Assembly (NCBI GenBank): GCA_022564195.1
Contig: JADFLW010000004.1
Span: 815-64,814, forward strand
Source of the DNA: Patescibacteria group bacterium
GTDB taxonomy: Bacteria; Patescibacteriota; Microgenomatia; UBA1400; Chisholmbacteraceae
Direction: 5' to 3'
DNA length: 64,000 bases
The notes beneath the pieces were generated by a model. It saw only the letters and a list, made by a program, of their open reading frames with translations, was not told where the DNA came from and made no database searches. The position numbers and the translations under genes were made by a program. This document shows positions 39,561-50,169 of the stretch, piece after piece (the first letter of the stretch is position 1; every line of letters starts with the position of its first letter).

Positions 39561-41726
39561 ATGTCGAAGCGAGAGGCTCTTTTTTATCTTGTGATTCTGG
39601 TCATCGTTCTTCTTTTCTTTGGTCGGCTTTTTTTCCCTGAGCCGAAACTTTTCTACACACCTGATTATGGACGATCCGATCTATGGAACTTTCACTATCC
39701 GGTGAAGGATTTTTTAGCAGGGTCTTTACAACAATGGGAATTTCCATTTTGGAGCAAAGATATGGGAACTGGCTTTCCGGTTTTCGCAGAAGGTCAGATA
39801 GGTACGCTTAACATTATGAACCTTTTCCTCTTCTCCTTCTTCCCGACGTGGATTGCATGGAACTTCAGTTATGTTCTTATCTTTCTTCTTAGTTTCCTCG
39901 GAAGCTATCTGTTTTTTAAAAAGATCGGCATTTCCAGTAAGGCAAGCCTCTTTTCAGCTTTCACTTTCAGTTTTGGTGGATATTTCATCAGTCGGATTAT
40001 CCATTTCAGCTATATTCAAGCAGCTTCGCTTCTGCCATGGCTGTTTTTGCTTGCTGAGCATTTTTGGAAGAGACCCTCGGGGAAACATGCACTTCTGTTC
40101 GGAATTGTCTTGTCGCAACAGATTTTTACCGGCGGTTTTCAGTGGGTATTCATCAGTCTTTTGGGAGTTTCTCTTTATCTTGTCGTGCGGATCCGTGAAC
40201 GTGATCTTGGCGCTCTCATAAAAAAAATCGCTCTCTTTTCCTTGGCCCTACTCCTGGGCTTGGCTCTTGCGGCTCCACAGTTGCTTCCGACACTGGAGCT
40301 TAAACGCATTTCTGTACGGAAGGGTGGGCTTTCTCAGAGGCAGATCTTTCAATACCCGTATCCGTTCAAGAACCTCGTCACATTTGTGTTGCCGGATTTT
40401 TTTGGTACGCCGAGAGATGGAAGCTATCCTTCACCATTTGAAGAGGGAGGCTCGGGCATTTATTGGGAAAATACCGCCTACGTTGGGATCTTACCGCTCA
40501 TTTTTCTTTTGCTGGCGTTGGTGAAAAAAGGAAAGAGCAGACAAGAAAAAGCGCTCTGGTTTTTGGGTGTGTTTTCTTTCCTCCTGGTGCTCGGTGAACG
40601 CTCTCCGCTGTCATTTCTCTACACCTACTTTGGTTTTAACAATTTCAGAGTACCATCTCGGTTTTTGATTCTCGTCACGCTCTCCCTCACTGGATTGGCG
40701 GGAGTCGGGCTTGATCGAGTGCTTCAGGCTCTTTCTCGAGGGAAACGATTCAGACCGTATCAATCACTCATCTTTTCCGTCGTTTTCATTGTCGCTATTG
40801 TTGATTTGTTTTATTTTGGTTTTTCCTATCATCCTCTTGTCCCCGTGAAGCAAGCACTCGATCCCCCAGAGACCGTTCGGGCTATACCCACTGGAGGCAG
40901 AATCTTCACCACTCGTGAGCAGGGCCGAGTATGGAATGATGTTTTTCTCTCGCGCGGATGGCAGGAAGCGTACCCCTATTTGCACTTCAAGAATGGGCTT
41001 GATGCGAATTTGAACCTTGTGTTTGGTAGGGCGAATGTCCGTTCCTATTCTGCTCTGCCTCCCATACGACAAGCGATACACTTGAGACTCCTTCCAAGAA
41101 TGCTTGATGCTGCGGCGGCAGCCTACATCATCTCCCCCACCCCATTGGAGGATGGTGATGCGCTTGAATTAGTTTCCACGATTGAACCTCCAGAACCTTC
41201 TTTACCGAGGTATTATGTTTATGAAAATCGCGAAAGCCTTGATCGTTTTCGATTCGTCTCAACCTATGTTATCGGGTCAACAATGCGGGACGTGCTTGAG
41301 ATTGTCGATGGTGTAGACTTTCCATTTGAGCGCTCCGTCATTTTAGAAACAGATCCAAGTGAAACATTTATGCAGTTAGAGCAAGCGGAGATTTCGGTTC
41401 TTGTTGATCGCGATCAGCGGTTGGTTTTGGCGACCAAGACCGACAAGAAAGCGATCCTGGTTGTTGCTGACAGCTTTTATCCCGGATGGCGTGTAACTAT
41501 TAACGGCCGAGAAACCGAAATTTTTCCTGCGAATATCAACCAGCGGGCGGTGATTGTCCCTTCTGGGGAGAATACCGTAGAAATGTTTTATTTCCCGGAC
41601 CGTTTCTTGCAAGGCATTGCGGTGAGTATTGGCTCTCTTTTTGCTTATCTTGTGATCACTTCAAGAAGATCCCAGCGAGTGTTCCAGCAGGTTTTCAAAC
41701 GTTACAAACGGGAATTTTTCGGTTGA
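39561..41726 (+). CDS. YfhO-family polytopic membrane protein (putative glycosyltransferase)
   Basis: 721 aa. Many N-terminal TM helices are followed by a large extracytoplasmic C-terminal domain and a final TM helix, as in YfhO. Confidence 0.5.
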   Translation: MSKREALFYLVILVIVLLFFGRLFFPEPKLFYTPDYGRSDLWNFHYPVKDFLAGSLQQWEFPFWSKDMGTGFPVFAEGQIGTLNIMNLFLFSFFPTWIAWNFSYVLIFLLSFLGSYLFFKKIGISSKASLFSAFTFSFGGYFISRIIHFSYIQAASLLPWLFLLAEHFWKRPSGKHALLFGIVLSQQIFTGGFQWVFISLLGVSLYLVVRIRERDLGALIKKIALFSLALLLGLALAAPQLLPTLELKRISVRKGGLSQRQIFQYPYPFKNLVTFVLPDFFGTPRDGSYPSPFEEGGSGIYWENTAYVGILPLIFLLLALVKKGKSRQEKALWFLGVFSFLLVLGERSPLSFLYTYFGFNNFRVPSRFLILVTLSLTGLAGVGLDRVLQALSRGKRFRPYQSLIFSVVFIVAIVDLFYFGFSYHPLVPVKQALDPPETVRAIPTGGRIFTTREQGRVWNDVFLSRGWQEAYPYLHFKNGLDANLNLVFGRANVRSYSALPPIRQAIHLRLLPRMLDAAAAAYIISPTPLEDGDALELVSTIEPPEPSLPRYYVYENRESLDRFRFVSTYVIGSTMRDVLEIVDGVDFPFERSVILETDPSETFMQLEQAEISVLVDRDQRLVLATKTDKKAILVVADSFYPGWRVTINGRETEIFPANINQRAVIVPSGENTVEMFYFPDRFLQGIAVSIGSLFAYLVITSRRSQRVFQQVFKRYKREFFG

Positions 41727-41749
41727 TCAGTACAGCACTGGCCTGATTC

Positions 41750-43093
41750 ATGAAGAGGCAAAACAGTCGGAAATACTTGCTCATTTTTCTTGGTTTCAGC
41801 GCTGCCTTTTTGGCGCTGAAGCTCCCTCATGTCGCGCCTCGAGTGTCCGACGAGAACTACTACATTTACGCGACCCACCTAGTGCTTGGCGGCGCCCTCC
41901 CCTATCGAGATTTTTTCCTTGCCCATTTTCCCACCCAGATTCTTCTCTACGCCGCTCTGGCAAAGATGTTTGGATTTTCGATCGCCGGTTTTAAGGTGCT
42001 TCAACTGCTTGTTACCGTAGGATCAGCGTTCTTGCTGTTTCGGATTGGCTCCCGCAAACGCAATGCGGCGGTGGGGATTGTCGCCTCGGCCCCATTGGCG
42101 GGTCTGGCGCTTTTTGTCGGGCTGACGATGCGGCGCTATATCCTCCCAGCCGCTCTTGGGTTTGTTGCATACGAGTTGTTGAAGCGGAACTGGCGCAAGG
42201 TTATGTCCTTTCTCACATGTAGTTTATTGCCTTTTTTCCTTGTCAATATCGTTTTGTTTGCTCTGTTTGGGGAGGATTTCTTGACACCAGTATGGCGCTA
42301 CCAGCTTGCAAAATTTTCGGCCTCCCTTGCCGAAGATCCCTTTGGACTTTTTTTGCGAAAGGATTGGGTGCTGGTGATGTTGTCAACTGGTGGGATTTAG
42401 GTTTGGCTGCGCGCGCTGTGGAGGAGCTGGCGAACCAAGAAGCCCTTGGATCGACGGCTTTCCCCCTACGTAGAGCTCGTGGTCTCCGTCATTGCGGCAT
42501 CGGCTTTGCAGCTTGTGTTTCTTCGCAGTCTCTCCATAATTTTCCCTATCTATTTTGTGACACTCATCCCGTTCTTTTCTGTTTTGGCTGCTTTCTCTCT
42601 TGTGCTTTTCGTTGCGGATCGGAGTCGGAGGGCGGTGATGATGCTGGTTGCCGCTCTGACGCTCATCAATGCCTTCGTCTACAAGAGAGATCTTTCAATG
42701 GCGGCAACGCTTGATAATTTGGAGGAGATTGCTTCGGATGTTCAGGCCTTAACAGACGAGGGTGATACTCTTTTTGGCTCGTATGCGATAGCACCGCTTA
42801 TCGCATTGAGCGCGGACCGGGGAATCACGGATAACCAAATAGAGACGAATTTGCTGCGCAATTTGACCGGTCTTTTTCCTTCCGATGCCGCCACTCGGGT
42901 GGCCACGAAGAGTGCGATTTTTCTTCAGGAAGCCTTGGTTGACCCTGAGACAGGTAGGATACTGCGACTGCGACCGTCCTATGTTGATGAGAGTATTCTT
43001 CGAGACGCTTGTACGCTTCTTCGGGGCTATCCTCTGGAGCGCAGTGCTGACTTTACTGTCCTCTTCTTGTGGGACTGCTCGCAGCAAGAGTAG
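41750..43093 (+). pseudogene. GT-C-type (ArnT/PMT-like) membrane glycosyltransferase interrupted by a single in-frame TAG at 42398-42400
   Basis: ORFs 41750-42400 and 42446-43093 share one frame. They are separated only by a TAG, followed by 15 sense codons. The N-terminus has DENYYIYATH…PYRDFFLAHFP, an ArnT/PMT-like DE motif. Confidence 0.5.
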
Positions 43094-43252
43094 CGTTTTG
43101 CTCCCGCTGCGGGAAGCCGACGGTTATTAACCCTCGGAGAAATAGCAGCAACCGAGCGGGATTGAAGCTACAGGAACAGAGCTCAATTGGGCTACCGATA
43201 AGCAGAATCCGAGGGCTCCCTCCAGAGGCGGGCAGGCTTAGCCGTCGGAGCT

Positions 43253-43960
43253 TCAATGTGTGTTCGGTCCTAGACGTTTGATTCTTGGGAAGTTTATGGC
43301 GAAGTGCTCGAGGGTCAAGTTCGGGTTCAGGTTGTTTTTGAGGTCTTCGAGCGCTTGCTGCGTTCGCCCGACTGCGGGAGCCCAACGCGGATCCTGGCGC
43401 ATCTTCTCGGCAAGAACGAACAGGAGGTCTTTAAGGGTATGCTTCGCGTCATTTCGCTGTATGAGTTTTTCCACGCCGCGCATTCTACTTCCCGGAGAAC
43501 CCTGTCGGAGAAGATTCGTGATTGAGGAAACTTGTTTCCCGTTGTCCGCGATGAGATGCTTTCCCCTGCGTGGTGTCCGGATGATCTGACAGCGCGAGCG
43601 TATGGTTGGGAGAAGCTCGTGCTGATTTTTAAGTTCGAGTACGAGAAATGTGTTTGGCGTGGGTTCTTCCAAGGTTTTTAAAAGCGCGTGTTGGGCTTGG
43701 AGGGTGAGAAGATCAGCTGACACAATCAGGGCGATTTTGCATTTCGAAGCGTAGGGTTTGAGTTTCAGCGTGCTCTTCAGCTGACGCACTGCATCGATTG
43801 TGATCGTGGGAGTTGGTTGCAGGAGAAGAATGTCGGGATCTGTGAAGCTCAGGATATCTTCCGCCAAGTCTTTCTCTTCTTGGCGCAGGTCGGCAACGAG
43901 CCTTTTCACTTTTTGCTGTCTGTCGTTCTTGGTCCCATTGCAGATAATGTAGCTATGCAT
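43253..43960 (-). CDS. holB: DNA polymerase III delta-prime subunit (short form)
   Basis: TIRSRCQ is the SRC sensor motif. The AAA+ lid architecture is present. Confidence 0.75.
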   Translation of the reverse strand: MHSYIICNGTKNDRQQKVKRLVADLRQEEKDLAEDILSFTDPDILLLQPTPTITIDAVRQLKSTLKLKPYASKCKIALIVSADLLTLQAQHALLKTLEEPTPNTFLVLELKNQHELLPTIRSRCQIIRTPRRGKHLIADNGKQVSSITNLLRQGSPGSRMRGVEKLIQRNDAKHTLKDLLFVLAEKMRQDPRWAPAVGRTQQALEDLKNNLNPNLTLEHFAINFPRIKRLGPNTH

Positions 43961-44038
43961 GAGATGAGAAATAAGATATTAGGTTTGAGATTTAATAATA
44001 TCGATCGGATTTTCTTTTAGATTTTGGTGATTGGTTCC

Positions 44039-44067
44039 TTGACATTGTAGCACAAACCTTCAATAAT
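44039..44067 (+). promoter_or_regulatory. Sigma70-type promoter candidate for the type IV pilus operon
   Basis: TTGACA, then a 17-nt spacer, then AATAAT, 12 nt upstream of the pilB ATG. Confidence 0.4.
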
Positions 44068-44079
44068 GGACTCGAGTTT

Positions 44080-45867
44080 ATGGCTGCTACACCTGCCTCT
44101 CCGACGTCCGGTGTTGTTATCGATGAATCGGATTCGCAGTCTGATTCTGTCTTCGATGTTCTTCTGTCTGGAAAGGCCATCACTCGCGAACAATATGATC
44201 AGCTGAAGATTGAAGCGGTCAATGTCGGGAAGAATCCTGAGGATTTGGCCTTCGAGAACCAGGTCGTTGATGAAGAGCAACTGGCTCGAGCGAAAGCGAA
44301 GTTTTACAACGTTCCCTTTTTGGATCTTGGGCATACCGCCGCCTCGCCCGAAGCACTGAATAAGCTTCCGGAGAGCGTAGCCTCCCGATATAAAGCGTTG
44401 CCTTTTGGGTTCAACGAGGAGGAGAATACGCTTTCAGTGGCGATGGCCAACCCTTTGGATTTGGGAGCGGTCGAGTTCATTGAGAAGAAATCTGGGTCTC
44501 GGGTCATCCCATTCACGGCGGTGGAATCTCAGCTTGTCCCGATGATTGGAGATCTGTACGCCGAGAGTCTATCGACGGAAGTAACGGAGGCGTTGAAAGA
44601 GACCGGTGCAGCGGAGGCGCCTGGTGTTCAGACCGTAGATATTGCGAAGCTCGGTGAGGTGATTCGTGAGGCGCCGGTTGCCAAAGTCGTTGCGACGCTC
44701 TTGGAATTTGCAATCAAAGCTCGCGCTTCTGATATTCATATTGAACCGATGGTTGACAAAACACGGGTGCGCTACAGAATTGACGGAATTCTCGTCGAGA
44801 AGCTGATGTTGCCCAAAAAAGTGCATAGCGCGGTGGTCTCGAGGATCAAGATTCTTGCTGGAATGAAGATTGACGAAAAACGCCTACCGCAAGACGGGCG
44901 TTTTAATTTCAAGGCTGGTCAGGAAGAAGTTGATCTTCGTGTCTCTTCATTACCGGTCGTGCATGGAGAGAAGATTGTCATGCGGCTCTTGAAAAAAACC
45001 GGGAATGTGCCGACCCTACCGGAGCTTGGTTTGCGAGGAGGGGCTCTTAAAAATCTTCAAACTTCGGTTCTGGTTCCTCACGGCATCATCCTCATTACCG
45101 GACCTACGGGTTCAGGGAAAACAACGACCTTGTACTCGATGCTTTCTAAAATTAGTACCCCACAGGTCAATATCATTACGCTCGAAGACCCCGTGGAATA
45201 TGAGATTGTCGGTGTCAATCAAGTTCAGGTCAATCCTAAGGCCGGACTCACCTTTGCCTCGGGGATGCGCAGCTTCCTCAGGCAGGATCCGAACATCATT
45301 ATGGTTGGCGAGATCCGCGATACCGAGACGACGGAGCTCGCGATCCAAGCTTCGCTCACCGGACACTTGGTGTTCTCCACGTTACACACGAATTCTGCCG
45401 GTGGTGCCCTCCCGCGCCTCTTGGACATGAAGGCGGAGCCCTTCCTGCTCGCATCCTCAATGACCTGTGTCGTTGCGCAACGAGTGGTGCGGAAGATCTG
45501 TGAGCACTGCAAAGAGCGTTTCAGCGCCCCACCAGAGGTTCTTGAGGATGTCAAGCAGTTTTTAGGCTCTCTTTATGAATCGGCCCTCCATACGCAAGGC
45601 GCTTCTTCTGATGCGGAGATTACACTCTTCAGAGGAAAGAAGTGTTCAGAGTGTGGGGACACCGGCTATAGCGGACGGATCGGTATCTTCGAGGTCTTAC
45701 CAGTTTCGGAGAAAATCGGACGGCTTATCTTGGAGCGAGCCCCCGCCAGCCGCATAGAAGAACAAGCAGTCGCTGATGGCATGGTGCTGATGAAGCAAGA
45801 TGGGTATTTGAAAGCCTTGGAAGGAGTGACTACAATAGAAGAAGTCTTGCGTGTTGCGGAGATATGA
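44080..45867 (+). CDS. pilB: Type IV pilus assembly ATPase PilB (GspE family)
   Basis: An N-terminal T2SSE_N domain. The Walker A is GPTGSGKTTTLYSML. The C-terminus has the tetracysteine CEHC…CSECGDTGYSGRIGIFE. Confidence 0.9.
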   Translation: MAATPASPTSGVVIDESDSQSDSVFDVLLSGKAITREQYDQLKIEAVNVGKNPEDLAFENQVVDEEQLARAKAKFYNVPFLDLGHTAASPEALNKLPESVASRYKALPFGFNEEENTLSVAMANPLDLGAVEFIEKKSGSRVIPFTAVESQLVPMIGDLYAESLSTEVTEALKETGAAEAPGVQTVDIAKLGEVIREAPVAKVVATLLEFAIKARASDIHIEPMVDKTRVRYRIDGILVEKLMLPKKVHSAVVSRIKILAGMKIDEKRLPQDGRFNFKAGQEEVDLRVSSLPVVHGEKIVMRLLKKTGNVPTLPELGLRGGALKNLQTSVLVPHGIILITGPTGSGKTTTLYSMLSKISTPQVNIITLEDPVEYEIVGVNQVQVNPKAGLTFASGMRSFLRQDPNIIMVGEIRDTETTELAIQASLTGHLVFSTLHTNSAGGALPRLLDMKAEPFLLASSMTCVVAQRVVRKICEHCKERFSAPPEVLEDVKQFLGSLYESALHTQGASSDAEITLFRGKKCSECGDTGYSGRIGIFEVLPVSEKIGRLILERAPASRIEEQAVADGMVLMKQDGYLKALEGVTTIEEVLRVAEI

Positions 45868-45898
45868 AGAGGATCTGTTGAACACCTGAAGGAATATC

Positions 45899-46960
45899 AT
45901 GGACATCTTCAAACTTTTGGAAAAGACTGTCACTGCCAAGGCTTCGGATTTGCACTTGGTGGTGGGGTTGCCGCCGATGCTTCGTGTTGAGGGCGAGCTC
46001 GCCCCCATTGAGATGAAAGCTCTTACCGATGAAGAATCTCAAGCCTTGGTTTTCGCGCTCCTCACTCCTGAGCAGAAGGACCTGTTTTTAGTCAATCGCG
46101 AGCTCGATTTTTCATACGATCATGAAGGGAGAGGGAGATTTCGTATCAATGCCTATCATCAGAAGGGATTTGTTTCTGCCGCGCTGCGGCTTGTTCCAGC
46201 GGAGATCCTTCCGATAGAGGAGCTCAATCTTCCCAAGATTTACCACAGCTTTGCGGCATTGCGGCAAGGCTTCGTTTTGGTCACCGGACCGACTGGGCAC
46301 GGGAAGTCGACAACCTTAGCGTCGATCATCCAGGAGATCAACGAGACCCGAGCGGTTCACATCGTTACTGTCGAAGATCCGATTGAGTATGTCTATCCGA
46401 TTGGCAGCAGCATTATTTCGCAGAGGGAGTTGCATTCCGATACCCACTCTTGGGAAATTGCCCTGCGTAGCGCTCTTCGGGAAGATCCTGACGTCGTTTT
46501 GGTGGGAGAGATGCGTGATTACGAGACCATTGCTGCGGCCTTGACGATTGCCGAGACAGGGCATTTGGTCTTCGCAACCTTGCACACCAATAGTGCTGCA
46601 CAAACCATTGACCGCATTGTTGACGTTTTCCCAGAGCATCAACAAGGACAAGTTCGCTTGCAGCTTTCAAACACTCTGGAAGCCGTTCTTTCCCAGCGGC
46701 TGCTGCCGGCAATTTCCGGGGGAAGGATACCAGTGGTAGAGATTCTTCTTGCCACGCCGGCTGTCCGAACGACCGTCCGCGAAGGAAAGACCCATCTTAT
46801 TGACAACGTCATTCAGACGTCGGCCGATATTGGGATGCAAACCTTGGAATCGAGCATGGCCTATTGGGTGAAGGCAGGAAAGCTATCCTTTGATGTTGCC
46901 GTGCAGTGGGCGTTGCGGCCGGGAGAGTTGCGACGGCTCGTGGGAGGAAGTAAAAAATAG
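45899..46960 (+). CDS. pilT: Twitching motility retraction ATPase PilT
   Basis: GPTGHGKSTTLASII is the Walker A. The architecture is PilT-like and lacks a long N-domain. Confidence 0.9.
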   Translation: MDIFKLLEKTVTAKASDLHLVVGLPPMLRVEGELAPIEMKALTDEESQALVFALLTPEQKDLFLVNRELDFSYDHEGRGRFRINAYHQKGFVSAALRLVPAEILPIEELNLPKIYHSFAALRQGFVLVTGPTGHGKSTTLASIIQEINETRAVHIVTVEDPIEYVYPIGSSIISQRELHSDTHSWEIALRSALREDPDVVLVGEMRDYETIAAALTIAETGHLVFATLHTNSAAQTIDRIVDVFPEHQQGQVRLQLSNTLEAVLSQRLLPAISGGRIPVVEILLATPAVRTTVREGKTHLIDNVIQTSADIGMQTLESSMAYWVKAGKLSFDVAVQWALRPGELRRLVGGSKK

Positions 46961-46966
46961 CTGTAT

Positions 46967-48172
46967 ATGGAGCGCTTTCAATACAGAGCAAGGTCCAAGG
47001 ATGGAAAACTACAGAAGGGTAAAGTTGAGGCACGTGACATCGGGCAAGCGGCTTCTGTACTTCGCGAACGGGATCTGGTTGTTGTGGACCTCAAACCGGC
47101 TCGCCGCGAGATCCAGCTGGCATTCCTGTCTTCCTTTTTCCAGCGGGTGAAATTCTCCGATGTGGTGAATTTTACGCGCCAGCTCTCGACGATGATCACC
47201 GCAGGCCTTCCCTTGACTGATTCCCTCGCGCTTTTAGAAAGCCAGTCTTCTCCAGGAATTTCATCTGTGATTTCCGAAGTGTTGCGCGATGTCGAAGGAG
47301 GGAAGCCGCTTGGGGTGGCGATGGAGAAGCACCCCAAGGCTTTCAACACCGTCTATGTTTCACTGGTTCGAGCCGGTGAGGCCGCAGGGAAGCTTGATGA
47401 AATGCTGAAACGCCTGGCGGATAACCTTGAGAAAGAGCGAGAGTTTCGCTCCAAAACCCGTGGAGCGCTCGTTTACCCAATTATTGTTGTCATCGGGATG
47501 ATCCTTGTCACTCTGATTATGATGATTTTCGTTATTCCCCAAATGACGGAGATCTACAAGGATTTTGGGGCGGAGCTCCCGTTTTCTACACGGATGATGG
47601 TTGGGCTATCGACAATCGTTGTTTCGTACTGGCATCTGGCTATCATCGGTGGGCTGGTTGTCGGATGGGCGTTTCGTGCCTGGCGAGCGACTCCCATTGG
47701 CCGGCGGAGTGTGGATATGATCATTTTTCGGATTCCCATTTATGGAAGCTTGAGAAAACAAATTCTCATGGCAGAATTCAGTCGGACGCTGGGCCTACTG
47801 GTCGGTGCTGGTGTCTCGATTGTTGAAGGGTTAACGATTGTTGCGGACACCCTGGAGAATGTCATCTATGCTGATTCCGTGCGAGAGGCAGCAAAGCGCG
47901 TTGAAAAAGGAATTTCGGTCGCGGCAACCATCGCCACTTACGACCATTTCCCTCCAATTCTTTCACAGATGCTTTCGGTGGGCGAAGAGACGGGTAAGGT
48001 TGATGAGGTTTTGCTTAAACTCGCAGTGTATTTTGAAACGGAGTCCGAACAGCTCGTCAAAAGCTTGACAACGGCGATCGAGCCTCTTATCATGGTTGTC
48101 TTAGGAGTGGGTGTCGGATTTTTGGTGATTTCCATCATCATGCCGATCTACAACTTGACGAGTCAGCTGTAA
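46967..48172 (+). CDS. pilC: Type IV pilus inner-membrane platform protein PilC (GspF family)
   Basis: Two GspF repeats with three TM helices. Confidence 0.85.
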   Translation: MERFQYRARSKDGKLQKGKVEARDIGQAASVLRERDLVVVDLKPARREIQLAFLSSFFQRVKFSDVVNFTRQLSTMITAGLPLTDSLALLESQSSPGISSVISEVLRDVEGGKPLGVAMEKHPKAFNTVYVSLVRAGEAAGKLDEMLKRLADNLEKEREFRSKTRGALVYPIIVVIGMILVTLIMMIFVIPQMTEIYKDFGAELPFSTRMMVGLSTIVVSYWHLAIIGGLVVGWAFRAWRATPIGRRSVDMIIFRIPIYGSLRKQILMAEFSRTLGLLVGAGVSIVEGLTIVADTLENVIYADSVREAAKRVEKGISVAATIATYDHFPPILSQMLSVGEETGKVDEVLLKLAVYFETESEQLVKSLTTAIEPLIMVVLGVGVGFLVISIIMPIYNLTSQL

Positions 48173-48231
48173 AACCTAGAGTTACATTACGCTGCCCAGA
48201 AGGGAGGTGAAGAGGAACGCCTCACCTTAAA

Positions 48232-48792
48232 ATGAAAACATCAAAAGGATTCACGCTCATTGAGCTCTTGATCGTTATTGCGGTCTTGGGAATATTGGTG
48301 GTTGCTATTCTGTCGGCCCTCGATCCTCTGGAACAGATCAGAAAAGCCAGGGATGCCGGAAGGAAATCGGATTCCGCCGAGCTTTTGGCGGCCTACGAAC
48401 GCTACTACACGACCTATCAGTGCTACCCGTATGACGCGAATGCACCGATCTGTACGGCAGATGCCCCGCGGACCACTGCACAGAACCCAGAATTTACCGA
48501 TTGTGCGGGTGCTTCTCCAGGTCCGGATTGCGACTTGATCATTCAAGGAGAGCTCAAGAGACAGTTCGGCAATCGTGAGAGTGTCCTCACGGCCACACCG
48601 ACATTGGAGCGCTTGTTTATGAGCGAAGAAGCGGTTTCGCGGCAGATTTCTGTCTGCTACGAGCCTGAGTCACGGTCAGCCCGGCAGGGCGGACTTGGAC
48701 CGACACGGGATGTCACGAATAACGTGGCATCCACTTGCGTTATCCCGGGTGGTTATCCTGACGCAACCTGTTACGTTTGTGTGCCGCAATAA
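48232..48792 (+). CDS. Type IV pilin (prepilin-type N-terminal cleavage/methylation domain)
   Basis: MKTSKG|FTLIELLIVIAVLGIL is a class III signal with Glu at +5. C-terminal Cys pairs are present. Confidence 0.8.
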   Translation: MKTSKGFTLIELLIVIAVLGILVVAILSALDPLEQIRKARDAGRKSDSAELLAAYERYYTTYQCYPYDANAPICTADAPRTTAQNPEFTDCAGASPGPDCDLIIQGELKRQFGNRESVLTATPTLERLFMSEEAVSRQISVCYEPESRSARQGGLGPTRDVTNNVASTCVIPGGYPDATCYVCVPQ

Positions 48793-48822
48793 ACCCTGAG
48801 AGGGATCGAGGCAAGACAGCGT

Positions 48823-49632
48823 ATGTCTATGATCATCCTTCTTGCTTCGATCTTCCTCTTGGGTTTGGTAGTTGGAAGCTTTTTAAACGTTGTTATCTAT
48901 CGCACCTTGCACGGAGAGAGCCCGTTTGAGGGGCGGAGCCGTTGTCCTCACTGCCACAGGACGATTCGAGCGGTTGACAACATTCCCCTTCTCTCCTATA
49001 TACTGCTGGGCGGCCGTTGTCGGCGCTGCCGGGCGTACATTTCTTGGAGCTATCCAGTTGTTGAGTTGTTGACCGGTGTTCTTTTTGTCTGGTGGTTTGT
49101 TGCCGGATCGGCCATTTTTCGTCTCACGCAATACCCATTTGTGCATCTGCAGCCGCTGTTCTGGCTGGTCATTGGTTTGCTTCTTCTCGTAGTCTTTTTC
49201 ACCGATCTTCTTTACGGCGTTATTCCAGATGTGATTGTCTGGATTTTGGGCTTTTCTGCTCTTTTGTATCGGGTGCTTCTTACCATGGGCGGCATCATGC
49301 AGCCGGCGGACTTTTGGTACTCTCTAGTGAGCGGTGTTGGAGTTTTGGCATTTTTTTTGGGCCTTATCGCAATCACTCGTGGTCGGGGCATGGGCATGGG
49401 TGATGCGAAGCTGGCGTTTGTCTTGGGTCTTATTTTAGGCTGGCCGAGAATCGTCGTTGCGATTTTTTTGAGCTTTTCTCTTGGGGCTTTGGTGGCGCTG
49501 TTGCTTTTGGCTATCGGGAAAAAACGATTCGGTCAAACGCTCCCCTTCGGCCCATTCCTGGTGGTTGGGACGGCCATTGCTCTGGTTTGGGGCGGGCAGC
49601 TGTGGTCCTCTTACCTTACCTTGCTTTTCTAA
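48823..49632 (+). CDS. pilD: Prepilin peptidase (A24 family)
   Basis: A zinc tetracysteine CPHC…CRRC, the catalytic Asp contexts, and GMGMGDAKL. Confidence 0.85.
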   Translation: MSMIILLASIFLLGLVVGSFLNVVIYRTLHGESPFEGRSRCPHCHRTIRAVDNIPLLSYILLGGRCRRCRAYISWSYPVVELLTGVLFVWWFVAGSAIFRLTQYPFVHLQPLFWLVIGLLLLVVFFTDLLYGVIPDVIVWILGFSALLYRVLLTMGGIMQPADFWYSLVSGVGVLAFFLGLIAITRGRGMGMGDAKLAFVLGLILGWPRIVVAIFLSFSLGALVALLLLAIGKKRFGQTLPFGPFLVVGTAIALVWGGQLWSSYLTLLF

Positions 49633-49713
49633 AAAAGTGGTTGTCTTTACACGAAGTTTTTGGTTGACAGGGTTTGCGACGGCTGTCATACTTTTAAAAG
49701 TACGCAGGAAACA

Positions 49714-50112
49714 ATGAGCAGAAAAAAAGGTTTCACATTGATTGAGCTTTTGGTGGCGATCACGCTCATCTCTCTCTTGGCGAGCATGGCGATCGCCAGT
49801 TATAGTGCTTCAAGACGCCATGGACGCAATGCGAAACGTCGAGGCGACATGGTTGCTCTCCAGCAGGCGTTTGAACAGTACTATATTGATAATGGGACCT
49901 ATGATGCTGACTGCAACACTATGGTGACCAACTACATTCAAGGGACGTTTCCCAGCGATCCCCTCTCTACAGGGACACCGTATGCCACCAGTTGCGTGGC
50001 AACCTCCTACTGTATTTGTGCACTTCTTGAAGGTGGAGGTGGGGGGAACTCATCTGACTCGGCATGCACATTCGGTACAGGTGACTGGTTCTGTAAAGAG
50101 AACCAGCAGTGA
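49714..50112 (+). CDS. Prepilin-like protein (minor pilin/pseudopilin)
   Basis: MSRKKG|FTLIELLVAITLISLLA. Confidence 0.7.
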   Translation: MSRKKGFTLIELLVAITLISLLASMAIASYSASRRHGRNAKRRGDMVALQQAFEQYYIDNGTYDADCNTMVTNYIQGTFPSDPLSTGTPYATSCVATSYCICALLEGGGGGNSSDSACTFGTGDWFCKENQQ

Positions 50113-50169
50113 TTGAGCGTCTAGCGTAGAGGGTGTAGCGTACAGTTGAAAAGACAGTGGGAGGGGTCA

